The notes beneath the pieces were generated by a model. That model saw nothing but the letters and a program-made list of their open reading frames with translations, was not told where the DNA came from and searched no databases. The position numbers and the translations under genes are program-made. Positions 1-9,233 of a DNA stretch of 64,000 nt are shown here, piece by piece. Source of the DNA: Paludibacteraceae bacterium (GTDB taxonomy: Bacteria > Bacteroidota > Bacteroidia > Bacteroidales > Paludibacteraceae); the NCBI GenBank assembly GCA_017464025.1, contig JAFUEI010000024.1, forward strand, positions 13,070 through 77,069, written 5' to 3'. The number at the start of each line of letters is the position of its first letter. Position 1 is the stretch's first letter.

Positions 1-514
1 GACGCACGTCATGCTGGGGGGCAGGGCCTACCCTATCGGTCATCCGAAGCAACCGGCCTTCTACCTGCTGAACAACATCCTTGGCGGCGGGAGCCTGAAC
101 TCGCGGTTGAACCTCTCGCTGCGCGAACAGCGGGGGCTGGTCTATACGATAGAGTCCACCTACACGCCCATGTCGGACACGGGCTACTGGTCGGTATATT
201 TCGCATGCGAGCCACAACACGAAGAGCAGTGCACGGCGTTGGTGATGCGCGAGCTGCAGCGCTTGCGCCGCGAGCCGCTCTCCAGAAGCGCGATGCAGCA
301 GGCTCTGCGACAGCTGCAAGGGCAGATGGCGATAGCCGCCGAGAATCGGGAGAACAACGCATTGGGCATGGCCAAGTTGATGCTCTACGGCAATGAGGCC
401 CCTACTTGGCAGCAGACCTTCAGCGAGATAGAACGGCTCACACCGACAGACCTGGCCGACTGTGCCAACGAGCTGTTAGCAGAAGAAGGGATATCGGGGC
501 TGTGGTACAGGTAG
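1..514 (+). CDS. M16 (pitrilysin/insulinase) family peptidase, C-terminal part; 5' end outside window
   Basis: Frame open from base 2 to TAG 512-514. The segment NNILGGGSLNSRLNLSLREQRGLVYTIESTY resembles the non-catalytic C-terminal half of M16 peptidases. Confidence 0.75.
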   Translation, partial: THVMLGGRAYPIGHPKQPAFYLLNNILGGGSLNSRLNLSLREQRGLVYTIESTYTPMSDTGYWSVYFACEPQHEEQCTALVMRELQRLRREPLSRSAMQQALRQLQGQMAIAAENRENNALGMAKLMLYGNEAPTWQQTFSEIERLTPTDLADCANELLAEEGISGLWYR

Positions 515-520
515 CCGCCC

Positions 521-584
521 GGAGAGCCCGGGGATTCCGGAGAGCCCGGAGATTCCGGGAAAAGCAGGGGAAGCAGGGGAAGCA
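521..584. repeat. Purine-rich tandem repeats: 18-mer x2, then 9/10-mer x3
   Basis: GGAGAGCCCGGGGATTCC (521-538) and GGAGAGCCCGGAGATTCC (539-556). These are followed by GGGAAAAGCA, GGGGAAGCA and GGGGAAGCA (557-584). Confidence 0.9.
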
Positions 585-743
585 GAAAAAACGGGACGGC
601 AGAGGGGACTCGGGAACAAGTTGTCCGGGTATTCTTATGTTATACAACATGTTTTAGGGAAGAGGCGGGGTAACGGACCGGTGCAATTTAACAAGCGGCG
701 GGGGAGAAAAGCGACCGGACGGTATCGGGTCGGGGTTCAAAGC

Positions 744-803
744 GACATTTTGACACGGAAAGCGACCGGCAAGGCAGCAAACGTCTAAAAATGTTAAAAT
801 GTC
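744..803. promoter_or_regulatory. 12-bp inverted repeat upstream of the susC-like promoter (possible operator or leader structure)
   Basis: GACATTTTGACA (744-755) pairs with TGTTAAAATGTC (792-803) with one G-T position. It ends about 30 nt before the -33 TTTG. Confidence 0.3.
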
Positions 804-832
804 AGGCATTTCGCTTAATTTGTCAACACGCG

Positions 833-864
833 TTTGGTAAAATCAGTTTTTTAGTGTACCTTTG
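833..864 (+). promoter_or_regulatory. Bacteroidetes-type promoter (-33 TTTG / -7 TAnnTTTG) for the SusC-like gene
   Basis: TTTG at 833-836 and TACCTTTG at 857-864, with a 20-nt spacer. The ATG is at 941. Confidence 0.6.
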
Positions 865-940
865 CAGCGATTTTACCCAAGAGTGTGCATATTTATTCAA
901 TTATGCAGTTGAACAGGAATAATTTAATACAACCAATACA

Positions 941-3900
941 ATGAAAAAACTATTCACTTTATTTGCGATGTGCTGTCTGAGCATAGCCGCCGTGATGGCG
1001 CAGACTCAGCAGATCAGCGGCATTGTCGTTGACGACAAAGGTGAACCTGTAGTAGGTGCGAGCGTGCAGGCCACGGGCACCAATACGGGTACGATTACGG
1101 ACTATGACGGTTTGTTCAAGCTGACGATTCCCACTTCCGTCAAGACGCTGACCATTTCGTATATCGGTATGAAGACGATGGAAGTGCCCGTGCAGAAGAA
1201 CATGCGTGTGACGCTGTCGGAGAACTCGGAAGTGCTTCAGGAAGTGGTAGCTACGGGTTACCTGAACGTAGCGAAGGGTTCGTTTGCCGGTTCAGCTCAG
1301 GCCGTGAAAGCCGACAATATCGAGAAGAAGAACCCCACGGAACTCAGCAAGTCGCTTGCCGGCGAGATAGCGGGTGTGCAGGTAGTCAACTCAAGCGGTC
1401 AGCCGGGCACGAACGCGAGCATCCGTATCCGCGGTATCAACTCGGTGTTTGCCAGTGCGGCTCCGCTGTACGTGGTGGACGGTGTGACCTACGACGGTGA
1501 CATCTCGTCGATAGACCCGGGCGACATTGCGAGCACGACCATTCTGAAGGATGCGACGGCGACTTCGCTGTACGGCAGCCGTGGTGCGAACGGTGTGATA
1601 TTGATTACGACGAAGAAAGGCACTTCGGGCGAGCAGGGCAAGATAGACGTTGACGTAAAGGCGGGTGCAAATATGCGTTTGCTGCCGATGTACGACGTGA
1701 TTACCGACCCGTGCGAATACCTGGAGATGTCGTGGCAGGGCATATACAACACGCTGCGCGGTTCGGCATCGTCGCAACAGGCGGCGGTGCAGATGACGAA
1801 CAACACGCTGTTCGGTGCGAAAGGCATCCCCGAGACGTATAACCTGTGGGGACTTCCTGCAAGCCAGTTGATTAACGGCGAGGGCAAGTTCTTTGAAGAC
1901 GCCCGCGAGGTGCTGCCGCAATACAGAAACATGACGTCGTGGAAGAACAGCATCTTCCGCACGGGTGTGAAAGCAGAGGCGAACGTGAAGATAAGCGGCG
2001 GCTCGGAGAAGACCACCTATTTCACGTCGTTCGGCTACCTGAAAGACGAAGGCTACTATATCGCCTCCGACTTCGACCGTTTCTCCATCCGTTCGAACAT
2101 CGAGTATCAGCCGAAGAAGTGGTTGAAAGGCGGTTTGAACTTAGCCTATGCCTATTCGTCGATGAACAGCCCCGGCCAGGGCAGCAACATGAACAACGGT
2201 TTTGCCTACGTGAACGGTATTCCGCCCATTTATCCTGTGTATCTGTACAACGAGGACGGCACCATTCAGACGGACCCGCGTACGGGCGGCAAGGCCTACG
2301 ACTACGGAATCAGGGAAGGTGAAGGCCGTGCGTTCGGTACGGGTATCAACCCTGCCGGTTCGCTGATTTATGACAAGCAGCGGGTGACGCAGCACCAGGT
2401 GATGGGCAATGCGCGCTTCGAGGTGAAATTCTATAAAGACCTTAAGTTTGAAGCCAACATCGGTATGCAGTATCTGGGCATGAACAGCTCGCAACTGACC
2501 AACCCGTACTACGGCGATGCAGCGGGTATAGGCCGTATATACAAAGGCCAGACCAACTACTTCAGCCTGACAGCCACGGAGATGTTGCACTACAACAAGA
2601 CCATAGCTGAGCACACGGTGACAGCCATGGCGGCCCACGAGAACCAGCTGACTATCAATTCTTCGATGTCGGGCGGCATGAACCGCTTGGCCAATCCGGA
2701 GAGTCTGGAATGGAGCAACGCCATCCAGATGGCAAGCATGGGTTCGAACACGGCGCAACAGGCCTTGGACAGCTATTTTGCAAATGTGCAATACATCTAC
2801 GACGAACGCTATATGGTGACGGCCAACTACCGTGCCGACGGTTCGAGCAAGTTTGCGAAGGGTCATCGCTGGGGTCACTTCGGCAGTGTAGGTGCCGCAT
2901 GGAACTTCACGAACGAGGGCTTCATCAGCAACAATGCGGACTGGCTGAAGAACGGCAAGCTGCGTCTGAGCTGGGGTATGCTGGGCAACCAGGGTGTGCC
3001 GATGAACCTGTATTCGGACCAGTACTCGGTAGAGTACGTGGACGGCCAGGTGGGCTACCTGTGGTACTACAAAGGCAACTCCGACCTTACATGGGAGCGC
3101 ACCTCGCAGGTGGACTTGGGCCTGGAGTTCAGCATCATGAAATACTTGGATGCAGAAATCGACTATTACTACAAGTTGACGGACCACATGCTCTTCCCTC
3201 GTTACGTAGCGCCTTCGCTTGGTTATTCGTTAGAGTACATCAACGGCGGCAAGATGGAAGGTCAGGGCGTAGAGTTCACATTCAACATCCACGCGGTGGA
3301 TATGCGTAACGTGAAGTTGGACATCCGGTTGAACGGCTCTCACGCAGCGAACAAGATGCTGGAGTTGCCGAAATTCTTTGCGGATGACGAGGAATCGGAC
3401 AACATGGAATATAACGGCGGTTTAGCCGCAGGTCACAGTATAGCAGAATACAATATGGTGGAGTATTTAGGTGTGAACGAGAAAGGTATGGCGACCTATC
3501 GTGCCTACTATGACGCCAACATCGGTACGTTCGGCTACCAGCCTGCCGAGGACTGCAAGCAGAAGGGTCTGACGAACACGGGCAACTATATCAGCAACCT
3601 GTATTTGTACCAGAAGAATCACCCCGATGCCGACATCCGCGAGACGGAGACGGACGAGTATTCCCGTGCAGGTGCGAACTTCACGGGCCGTACTTACCTG
3701 CCTGCCATTGACGGCGGCTTGGGCTTTGACCTCGAGGTATATGGCGTGACGCTGTCGGCGATGCTGTCGTACAGAATAGGCGGTTGGGGCTACGACGGCC
3801 AGTATGCCACCCTGATGGGTTCGGGCAAGGCCGGCCAGCACAACTGGCATGTGGATATGCGCGGTGCATGGACGGAGGAGACGGCGGATGCCGTAGCGGC

Positions 3901-4213
3901 TCTGCCCGTAGAGAAACAGATTCCGCGTTTGAGCAACGGCGAGGACCTGTATGCCAACTCGTCTTCGACACGCTTCATGGTGACGAACAGCTTCCTGTCG
4001 CTGAACAACGTGCGCTTGGGCTACAAGTTCCCGAAGAAACTGATTGAGAAGATCAAGCTGAACAGTTTAGAAATCTGGACGGCAGGCGACAACCTGGCCA
4101 TCCTGTCGGCCCGCCGCGGCTACAACCCGATGGCATCGTATGCCGGCAGCTCCAGCGAATATCAATACACTCCGCTCTCGACGGTGATGGGTGGCGTGAA
4201 ATTCCAATTCTAA
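941..4213 (+). CDS. SusC/RagA family TonB-linked outer membrane protein
   Basis: 1090-aa ORF with signal peptide MKKLFTLFAMCCLSIAAVMA. It has a CarboxypepD_reg-like start (ISGIVVDDKGEPVVGASV...DYDGLFKL), plug motifs (IRIRGINS, PLYVVDGV) and a barrel end GVKFQF. A SusD-like gene lies 21 nt downstream. No N-terminal STN extension is present. Confidence 0.93.
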   Translation: MKKLFTLFAMCCLSIAAVMAQTQQISGIVVDDKGEPVVGASVQATGTNTGTITDYDGLFKLTIPTSVKTLTISYIGMKTMEVPVQKNMRVTLSENSEVLQEVVATGYLNVAKGSFAGSAQAVKADNIEKKNPTELSKSLAGEIAGVQVVNSSGQPGTNASIRIRGINSVFASAAPLYVVDGVTYDGDISSIDPGDIASTTILKDATATSLYGSRGANGVILITTKKGTSGEQGKIDVDVKAGANMRLLPMYDVITDPCEYLEMSWQGIYNTLRGSASSQQAAVQMTNNTLFGAKGIPETYNLWGLPASQLINGEGKFFEDAREVLPQYRNMTSWKNSIFRTGVKAEANVKISGGSEKTTYFTSFGYLKDEGYYIASDFDRFSIRSNIEYQPKKWLKGGLNLAYAYSSMNSPGQGSNMNNGFAYVNGIPPIYPVYLYNEDGTIQTDPRTGGKAYDYGIREGEGRAFGTGINPAGSLIYDKQRVTQHQVMGNARFEVKFYKDLKFEANIGMQYLGMNSSQLTNPYYGDAAGIGRIYKGQTNYFSLTATEMLHYNKTIAEHTVTAMAAHENQLTINSSMSGGMNRLANPESLEWSNAIQMASMGSNTAQQALDSYFANVQYIYDERYMVTANYRADGSSKFAKGHRWGHFGSVGAAWNFTNEGFISNNADWLKNGKLRLSWGMLGNQGVPMNLYSDQYSVEYVDGQVGYLWYYKGNSDLTWERTSQVDLGLEFSIMKYLDAEIDYYYKLTDHMLFPRYVAPSLGYSLEYINGGKMEGQGVEFTFNIHAVDMRNVKLDIRLNGSHAANKMLELPKFFADDEESDNMEYNGGLAAGHSIAEYNMVEYLGVNEKGMATYRAYYDANIGTFGYQPAEDCKQKGLTNTGNYISNLYLYQKNHPDADIRETETDEYSRAGANFTGRTYLPAIDGGLGFDLEVYGVTLSAMLSYRIGGWGYDGQYATLMGSGKAGQHNWHVDMRGAWTEETADAVAALPVEKQIPRLSNGEDLYANSSSTRFMVTNSFLSLNNVRLGYKFPKKLIEKIKLNSLEIWTAGDNLAILSARRGYNPMASYAGSSSEYQYTPLSTVMGGVKFQF

Positions 4214-4234
4214 AAACGAAGGAGGACAGCTATT

Positions 4235-5893
4235 ATGAAAAAGCAGACTTTATTTGCGGTTCTACTTATCACCGCCCTTATGGCATCCTGCTCGGACAAC
4301 TATCTGAACCGAGAGTATCAGGGTGGCACCATGAATCAGGAGCAATATGACAAACTGAATACGTTAGGCGGTTCGATGCGCGGCATCTACGCCATCATGT
4401 ACGAGTCGAGCAGCAGCAGCCACGATGCGTTCGGGCACCGTTCGATAGACCTGTACGGCGACATGCTGTCGGGCGACATTGCGCTGACGAACCACAACTA
4501 CGGCTGGTTCTACACGGACGAGCAAATGCGCGGCTACACAGCACGGACCGGCTATCTGTGGAGCTACTACTACCGCATCCTGCGCAACGTGAACAAGGTG
4601 CTTGCAGCCATCAAGGTGCAGGACGTGAACCTTTTAGACACGATTGCCACCTACGGTTATCCGTCGGCCGGCCTGCACAAATACTCGGAGAAAGAAGTGG
4701 AGATTGCCTCGTACTACGCCCAGGCTCTGACCATGCGCGGCTACGCCTACTCGGCGCTGGTGCGGCAATATGTTCCGGTGATGAGCTATTTGGAGACGAA
4801 AAGCAAAACGATAGACAACTATCTTGCGCTGCCGATATACACAGAGGACAATCTGGAAACTCCTCAGGAATACTCGACCGCCATTGACGTATATAAACGC
4901 TTGGAGCAGGACCTGACGGATGCCATAGAGATCTTCACGGAGTTTGAGGCCGACATGGCCAGAAACTCGAAGTTGGAGGCGGACGTGAATGTAGCGCGCG
5001 GCCTGCTGGCCTATGCCTACCTGAACAAGGGCTACTACTACAAGCCGGCGACGCTCCTGCGGAATGAATCGTTCACGAAGGCGGAGCAGTATGCAGCCGA
5101 GGTTATCGGCTCGGGCAGCTACCAGATTATCCCCAACGCGCACCTGCTGACCACGGGCTTCAACAACGTGGATGACAACTCGTGGATATGGGGTCAGGAC
5201 GTGACGGTGGAGACCCAGAGCGGCCTTTGCTCGTTCTTCGGCCAGATGGATATCTTCTCTTACAGCTACCCCTGGGCCGGCGATACGAAGGTGATTGACG
5301 ACAACCTGTACGCCAAGTTTGTGGACTATCCGTGGGACGGTCGCAAATACTGGTTCAACGACGGCAAAGAGAAATCGAAGTTCAAGGGTTGCCCGAGCGG
5401 CAAGTTCTTCTCGTCGTATGCATTAAAGAGCAACTTCTCGACAGCCGACGATGCGATTGACCGCGAGTGGCTTTCGGACAACGTGTTCATGCGCGTGGAG
5501 TTGATGTATCTGATTGCCGCCGAGGCCGAATATCAGCTTGGCGACTACGGCAAGTCGGCCGACTACCTGAATGCGCTGACAGACGAGCGTCAGGACCTCA
5601 GCTCGCTGACAGCTCCGACAGAATATGCCGCCTACCAGGCAACGTTAGGCACGGCAGACGAACTGTCCAAGGCCATCGAATACAATTGGCGGATAGAGAT
5701 GTGGGGCGAAGGCTACGCCTTGCAGTCGTTCCGTCGGGCGATATATCAGAACGCCGCCGACAAGCGTACGCGCGGCAACAACCACCTTTACCTGAAAGGA
5801 ACGGAGATAACACCTGACAACGAGCGGTTCACCTACATCATTCCTTCCAGCGAGACCACCTACAACCCGAATCTGCAGAAGGACAGAGACTAA
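4235..5893 (+). CDS. SusD/RagB family nutrient-binding outer membrane lipoprotein
   Basis: 552-aa ORF with lipobox LMASCSDN. SusD-like helical segments are present (ARGLLAYAYLN, RVELMYLIAAEAEYQLG, RIEMWGEGYALQSFRR). It sits directly after SusC. Confidence 0.9.
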   Translation: MKKQTLFAVLLITALMASCSDNYLNREYQGGTMNQEQYDKLNTLGGSMRGIYAIMYESSSSSHDAFGHRSIDLYGDMLSGDIALTNHNYGWFYTDEQMRGYTARTGYLWSYYYRILRNVNKVLAAIKVQDVNLLDTIATYGYPSAGLHKYSEKEVEIASYYAQALTMRGYAYSALVRQYVPVMSYLETKSKTIDNYLALPIYTEDNLETPQEYSTAIDVYKRLEQDLTDAIEIFTEFEADMARNSKLEADVNVARGLLAYAYLNKGYYYKPATLLRNESFTKAEQYAAEVIGSGSYQIIPNAHLLTTGFNNVDDNSWIWGQDVTVETQSGLCSFFGQMDIFSYSYPWAGDTKVIDDNLYAKFVDYPWDGRKYWFNDGKEKSKFKGCPSGKFFSSYALKSNFSTADDAIDREWLSDNVFMRVELMYLIAAEAEYQLGDYGKSADYLNALTDERQDLSSLTAPTEYAAYQATLGTADELSKAIEYNWRIEMWGEGYALQSFRRAIYQNAADKRTRGNNHLYLKGTEITPDNERFTYIIPSSETTYNPNLQKDRD

Positions 5894-5953
5894 AGCCTGC
5901 TGCCGACAAGCGGAAAGAGAACAAAAACAACAAAACATAATTATCGTAAGAAT

Positions 5954-7216
5954 ATGAAAAAGAATTTAGTAATTAGTGCTATTGCACTGGGCATTGCAGC
6001 CTTGTTTGCTGCATGCAACTCCGGCCAATCGACCAGCGGTGCCCTGCAGGGTATCTCGATCAACCCCGAGTCGGTGGAACTGACAACAGAGAATCCGACC
6101 ATCCGTCTGACGGTAGTGGCCAATCCGACGACAGCGAAAATTGACACCAAGAAGGTTGTATGGAAGAGCAGCGATGACTCGATTGCAACCGTAAACGAAC
6201 TGGGCGTAGTGACGGCAGTTGACTACGGCAAGGCCAACATCACGGCCAGCTATACGGAAGGCAACGAGACCTTTGAGGCAGTTTGCCCCGTGACGGTATT
6301 GAGCTACATCGAGAGCCTGAAGTTCACGCAGTGCTGCTTCCTGAACTTTGAGGTGGACAGCAACGACATCCGCACCATCAAGTCGGGTTCGGGCCAGGAA
6401 TACAAATGCTACCGCCTGAACTGCCACTTCCGTGCCTTCTCGGAGGGCTTCTACTACGACGAGACGGGGCACCTGAGCGGTTCGGACGTAGGTTCGATGA
6501 TTACGTTTGACGCCCCTACCTATTACGGCGACAGTACGCTGAACGGCGTGGACGCATCGGGCAACCCCATAGCAGCTTTCTTTGTGCTGGGTGCTTGGCA
6601 GGTAGGTCCTTACAACACGAAGTATGAGCCGACAGATTACCACTATGACATCATGACCGGTGCTCCGGGCACCATCAAGACGGCCGAATATGCCAAGACG
6701 CTGGTAGGCTGGACACAGAAGATTAACAATGGCGAGCAGATTGAAGAAGCCGACATTGACGAGCTTGACAAGTATATTGACGGCGCAGGGCTTCACATCT
6801 GGTACTACAGCAGCGCCGACGAGAGCTATCGTTTGGCACAGGGCTTGAGCATTGTTCCTGACGCATTGGTTGACGGTGCCGTATTCTACATGGGCACCAG
6901 CACCAAAGGCACCAGCACCTACATGAACAAATTGGACTATTCGTACGCAAAATACACTCCCATCGAGGGTAACGTATGGGGTCTGGATGCCACTTATGAC
7001 AGCAAAGCCACTCCGAAATTCACCGTCAACAGCGAGAACATCCTGCTCGGCGACCAGATTGAGACGACCTACGGCCAGCTTCCTACGCAGGAGAGCGTGC
7101 GCATCATCCCTGCCGACCAGGTGGTTGTCATGGAGCGCGACTATCCGGAGGTTTACCAACGGATTATGGAGAACGAGAAAGCGATGAACATCGAGAACGC
7201 ACTCATCCGCAAATAA
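5954..7216 (+). CDS. Surface lipoprotein with Big_2 (bacterial Ig-like) domain, in the SusE/F-like position
   Basis: 420-aa ORF with lipobox LFAACNSG. It has a Big_2-like stretch ISINPESVELT...VVWKSSDDSIATVNELGVVTAVDYGKANITASY. Confidence 0.75.
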   Translation: MKKNLVISAIALGIAALFAACNSGQSTSGALQGISINPESVELTTENPTIRLTVVANPTTAKIDTKKVVWKSSDDSIATVNELGVVTAVDYGKANITASYTEGNETFEAVCPVTVLSYIESLKFTQCCFLNFEVDSNDIRTIKSGSGQEYKCYRLNCHFRAFSEGFYYDETGHLSGSDVGSMITFDAPTYYGDSTLNGVDASGNPIAAFFVLGAWQVGPYNTKYEPTDYHYDIMTGAPGTIKTAEYAKTLVGWTQKINNGEQIEEADIDELDKYIDGAGLHIWYYSSADESYRLAQGLSIVPDALVDGAVFYMGTSTKGTSTYMNKLDYSYAKYTPIEGNVWGLDATYDSKATPKFTVNSENILLGDQIETTYGQLPTQESVRIIPADQVVVMERDYPEVYQRIMENEKAMNIENALIRK

Positions 7217-7238
7217 GCATTCTGTTTGTACACCAAAA

Positions 7239-7277
7239 AAGAAGGATGTACCGGCTTCGAGCCGATGCATCCTTCTT
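7239..7277 (+). terminator. Rho-independent terminator after the Big_2 lipoprotein gene
   Basis: AAGAAGGATGTACCGGCT-TCG-AGCCGATGCATCCTTCTT forms a hairpin of about 17 bp, followed by TTGCTTTG. Confidence 0.7.
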
Positions 7278-7369
7278 TTGCTTTGTCGGCCAAACCCTTA
7301 TAGCGATACCGTAGGGAAAGGTCGCATGTGACTCATGCAAATATACTTGCATAACTCAAAAAAAATCCG

Positions 7370-7377
7370 TACTTTTG
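7370..7377 (+). promoter_or_regulatory. -7 box TACTTTTG upstream of the small-ORF/DUF4325 pair
   Basis: TACTTTTGCAGCC lies 27 nt before the ATG at 7404. The palindrome ATGCAA-N6-TTGCAT (7335-7352) overlaps the -33 region. Confidence 0.45.
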
Positions 7378-7403
7378 CAGCCAAAGTAGCTAAGAGGATA
7401 TAA

Positions 7404-7529
7404 ATGAACCTATCCACACTCATAAAACAATACTTCCCGGCAACGAATAACGACATCACGATAGATGTTGTGGCTGCACAATATAGAGAAACATTCTTAG
7501 ACGACAATGAATTAGAGCAATTATGGTAA
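7404..7529 (+). CDS. Hypothetical 41-aa ORF overlapping the DUF4325 start (ATGGTAA)
   Basis: ATG 7404, TAA 7527-7529. Translation: MNLSTLIKQYFPATNNDITIDVVAAQYRETFLDDNELEQLW. Its stop overlaps the start of the next gene. Not in the ORF track because it is shorter than 60 aa. Confidence 0.2.
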   Translation: MNLSTLIKQYFPATNNDITIDVVAAQYRETFLDDNELEQLW

Positions 7530-7813
7530 CATTCAGTTTTAGAGAATATGGTGAGAATCTCGGCACACGTTCTTTGGGAAGACATGTCAGGGAACAATTG
7601 ATGCCACTATTAGAACAAAACGAGCGTGTCGTTCTTGATTTTACGGGAGTGAACGTAGTGAGTAACTCGTTTGCTGATGAGTGTATCGCCAAGTTGCTAC
7701 TTACCATGCCGCTTGCCGAATTGAAAGCGCGCACTACATTCCGGGGCCTGAATCCTATCGCCTCCGAGAGTGTCTTAACCGCCCTTCAAAGGCGACACTT
7801 CGTTATGGCGTAA
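7523..7813 (+). CDS. STAS-like DUF4325 domain protein (orphan)
   Basis: 96-aa ORF. FSFREYGENLGTRSLGRHVREQL...VVLDFTGVNVVSNSFADECIAKL matches the DUF4325 pattern I recall (FGE.LGTR..G...R......V.LDF.GV...S.SFADE). The segment is AT-rich. Confidence 0.65.
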   Translation: MVTFSFREYGENLGTRSLGRHVREQLMPLLEQNERVVLDFTGVNVVSNSFADECIAKLLLTMPLAELKARTTFRGLNPIASESVLTALQRRHFVMA

Positions 7814-7826
7814 GATAACACTCCCC

Positions 7827-7858
7827 TTTGGCGGTTTCAAACAAATTTCGTAACTTTG
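7827..7858 (+). promoter_or_regulatory. Promoter (-33 TTTG / -7 TAACTTTG) for the C10 peptidase gene
   Basis: TTTG at 7827-7830 and TAACTTTG at 7851-7858, with a 20-nt spacer. Confidence 0.6.
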
Positions 7859-7880
7859 CAAGCACAAAATGATATGTCCT

Positions 7881-9206
7881 ATGAAAAAGACCAGCTTTGT
7901 TAGCCTCTGCCTTCTATTGCTTGGCAGCGCTCTCTCAATGTATGCGGAACAGCGTACGGCAGAAGACGTTATGCGCATTGCCGCTTCTTGCTTCAACACA
8001 GCAGCCGCTTCCTCTCCTGCGCAGAGTCCGGCCCGCATGACTGCGCCCGTACAGGAGGCGGGAGAGGCCTATTACATCATACGCAACAACGCGGGGCCGG
8101 GTTTTGTCATCGTATCGGCCGACGACAGGATGCCTGCCGTGCTGGGCTACTCTGCCGAGAGCCGTTTTCCCGAAGGCGATATGCCGGAGCATGTGCGCTA
8201 CTTCCTGCACGGCTACACCGAAGCGCTGCAGGCCGTTGAGGCAGGCTCTCCGGCCGATGAGGTCTTCCCGCTGATAGCCTCCACGGCAGCGGAGGAAGTG
8301 CAGGTAGGTCCGCTATTGGGCGGCATCATGTTCGACCAAGGCTATCCCTACAACTACTATACGCCCACCGACAAAGGGCGTCAGACGCCTTCCGGCTGCG
8401 TAGCTACCGCCATGGCCCAGATAATGCGCTACTACAAATACCCCGCCAAAGGTACGGGCACGTTTGTAGTGAACGGCAAGAAAGAAGACGTGGTATTGGA
8501 CAATATGCCCTTCGACTGGGACAACATACGGGAGAGTTATACGGCAAACGACGACTACACGCCCCAACAAGCGGAGGCCGTAGGCCGGCTGCTGTACGCC
8601 TGCGGTGCCGCCGTGTATATGGAATATTCGGCTTCGGGCAGCAGCTCGAACGCCGAGAAGATGATAAAGGCCATGCGCGAGAACTTCGACTACAACAGCA
8701 AGGCACAATTGATTCAAGTGTCGTCGATGTTCACGCCCGAGGAGCTGATTCCGATGTGGGTGCCTGATATGATGAGCCAGTTGCAGGCGAGTCATCCTAT
8801 CTTCGTGGCCGGCGGTGCGAGCATCAGTGCGGGTCACGCCTTCGTAATCGACGGCTACAAAGCCCCCAACGCCACAACGAGCGAGGTGAACGATATTCTC
8901 TTCCATCTGAACTGGGGCTGGAGCGGCCTTGCCAACGGCTATTACTACCTGAACAACCTGACCCCGAAGGCGGAGAACGACGAGCCTATGTCAAGCGAGA
9001 TGTATCAGAACTTCTCGAAGAGCCGGTGCTCGTGGACGTTTGACCTCTATCCGTCCAACTACACGGCTATTGACGACGTGGAGCAGCTGCCGCGCACCCT
9101 GCAGAACGGCGATATATACACCGTCCTCGGCACGAAGGCCGACCCGAACAACCTGCAGCCCAACACCTTGTATATCCACAACGGGAAGAAGCTCATCGTG
9201 CGCTAA
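7881..9206 (+). CDS. C10 family cysteine peptidase (streptopain-like) with T9SS C-terminal sorting domain
   Basis: Catalytic Cys motif GCVATAMAQIMRYYKYP, catalytic His GHAFVIDGY and NWGWSG are present. Signal peptide is MKKTSFVSLCLLLLGSALSMYA. The tail DIYTVLGTKADPNNLQPNTLYIHNGKKLIVR looks like a T9SS CTD. An alternative ATG exists at 7869. Confidence 0.88.
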   Translation: MKKTSFVSLCLLLLGSALSMYAEQRTAEDVMRIAASCFNTAAASSPAQSPARMTAPVQEAGEAYYIIRNNAGPGFVIVSADDRMPAVLGYSAESRFPEGDMPEHVRYFLHGYTEALQAVEAGSPADEVFPLIASTAAEEVQVGPLLGGIMFDQGYPYNYYTPTDKGRQTPSGCVATAMAQIMRYYKYPAKGTGTFVVNGKKEDVVLDNMPFDWDNIRESYTANDDYTPQQAEAVGRLLYACGAAVYMEYSASGSSSNAEKMIKAMRENFDYNSKAQLIQVSSMFTPEELIPMWVPDMMSQLQASHPIFVAGGASISAGHAFVIDGYKAPNATTSEVNDILFHLNWGWSGLANGYYYLNNLTPKAENDEPMSSEMYQNFSKSRCSWTFDLYPSNYTAIDDVEQLPRTLQNGDIYTVLGTKADPNNLQPNTLYIHNGKKLIVR

Positions 9207-9233
9207 AGGCGGGGCGGGAATTATGCTTCTATT

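Noticed and set aside
406-657. ORF with REKQGKQGKQKKRDGRG sequence downstream of the M16 gene
   Set aside because: It is a translation of the purine-rich tandem repeats. It overlaps the end of the M16 CDS and has no promoter or signal.
6833-6850. Near-matches to the sigma-54 -24/-12 consensus: TGGCACAGGGCTTGAGC here, TGGCACGACCGTAGCA at about 53586, TGGCACGGCATGCT at about 34505
   Set aside because: All are inside coding regions and deviate at the -12 TTGC or in spacing. No intergenic match was found, so no sigma-54 promoter is called.
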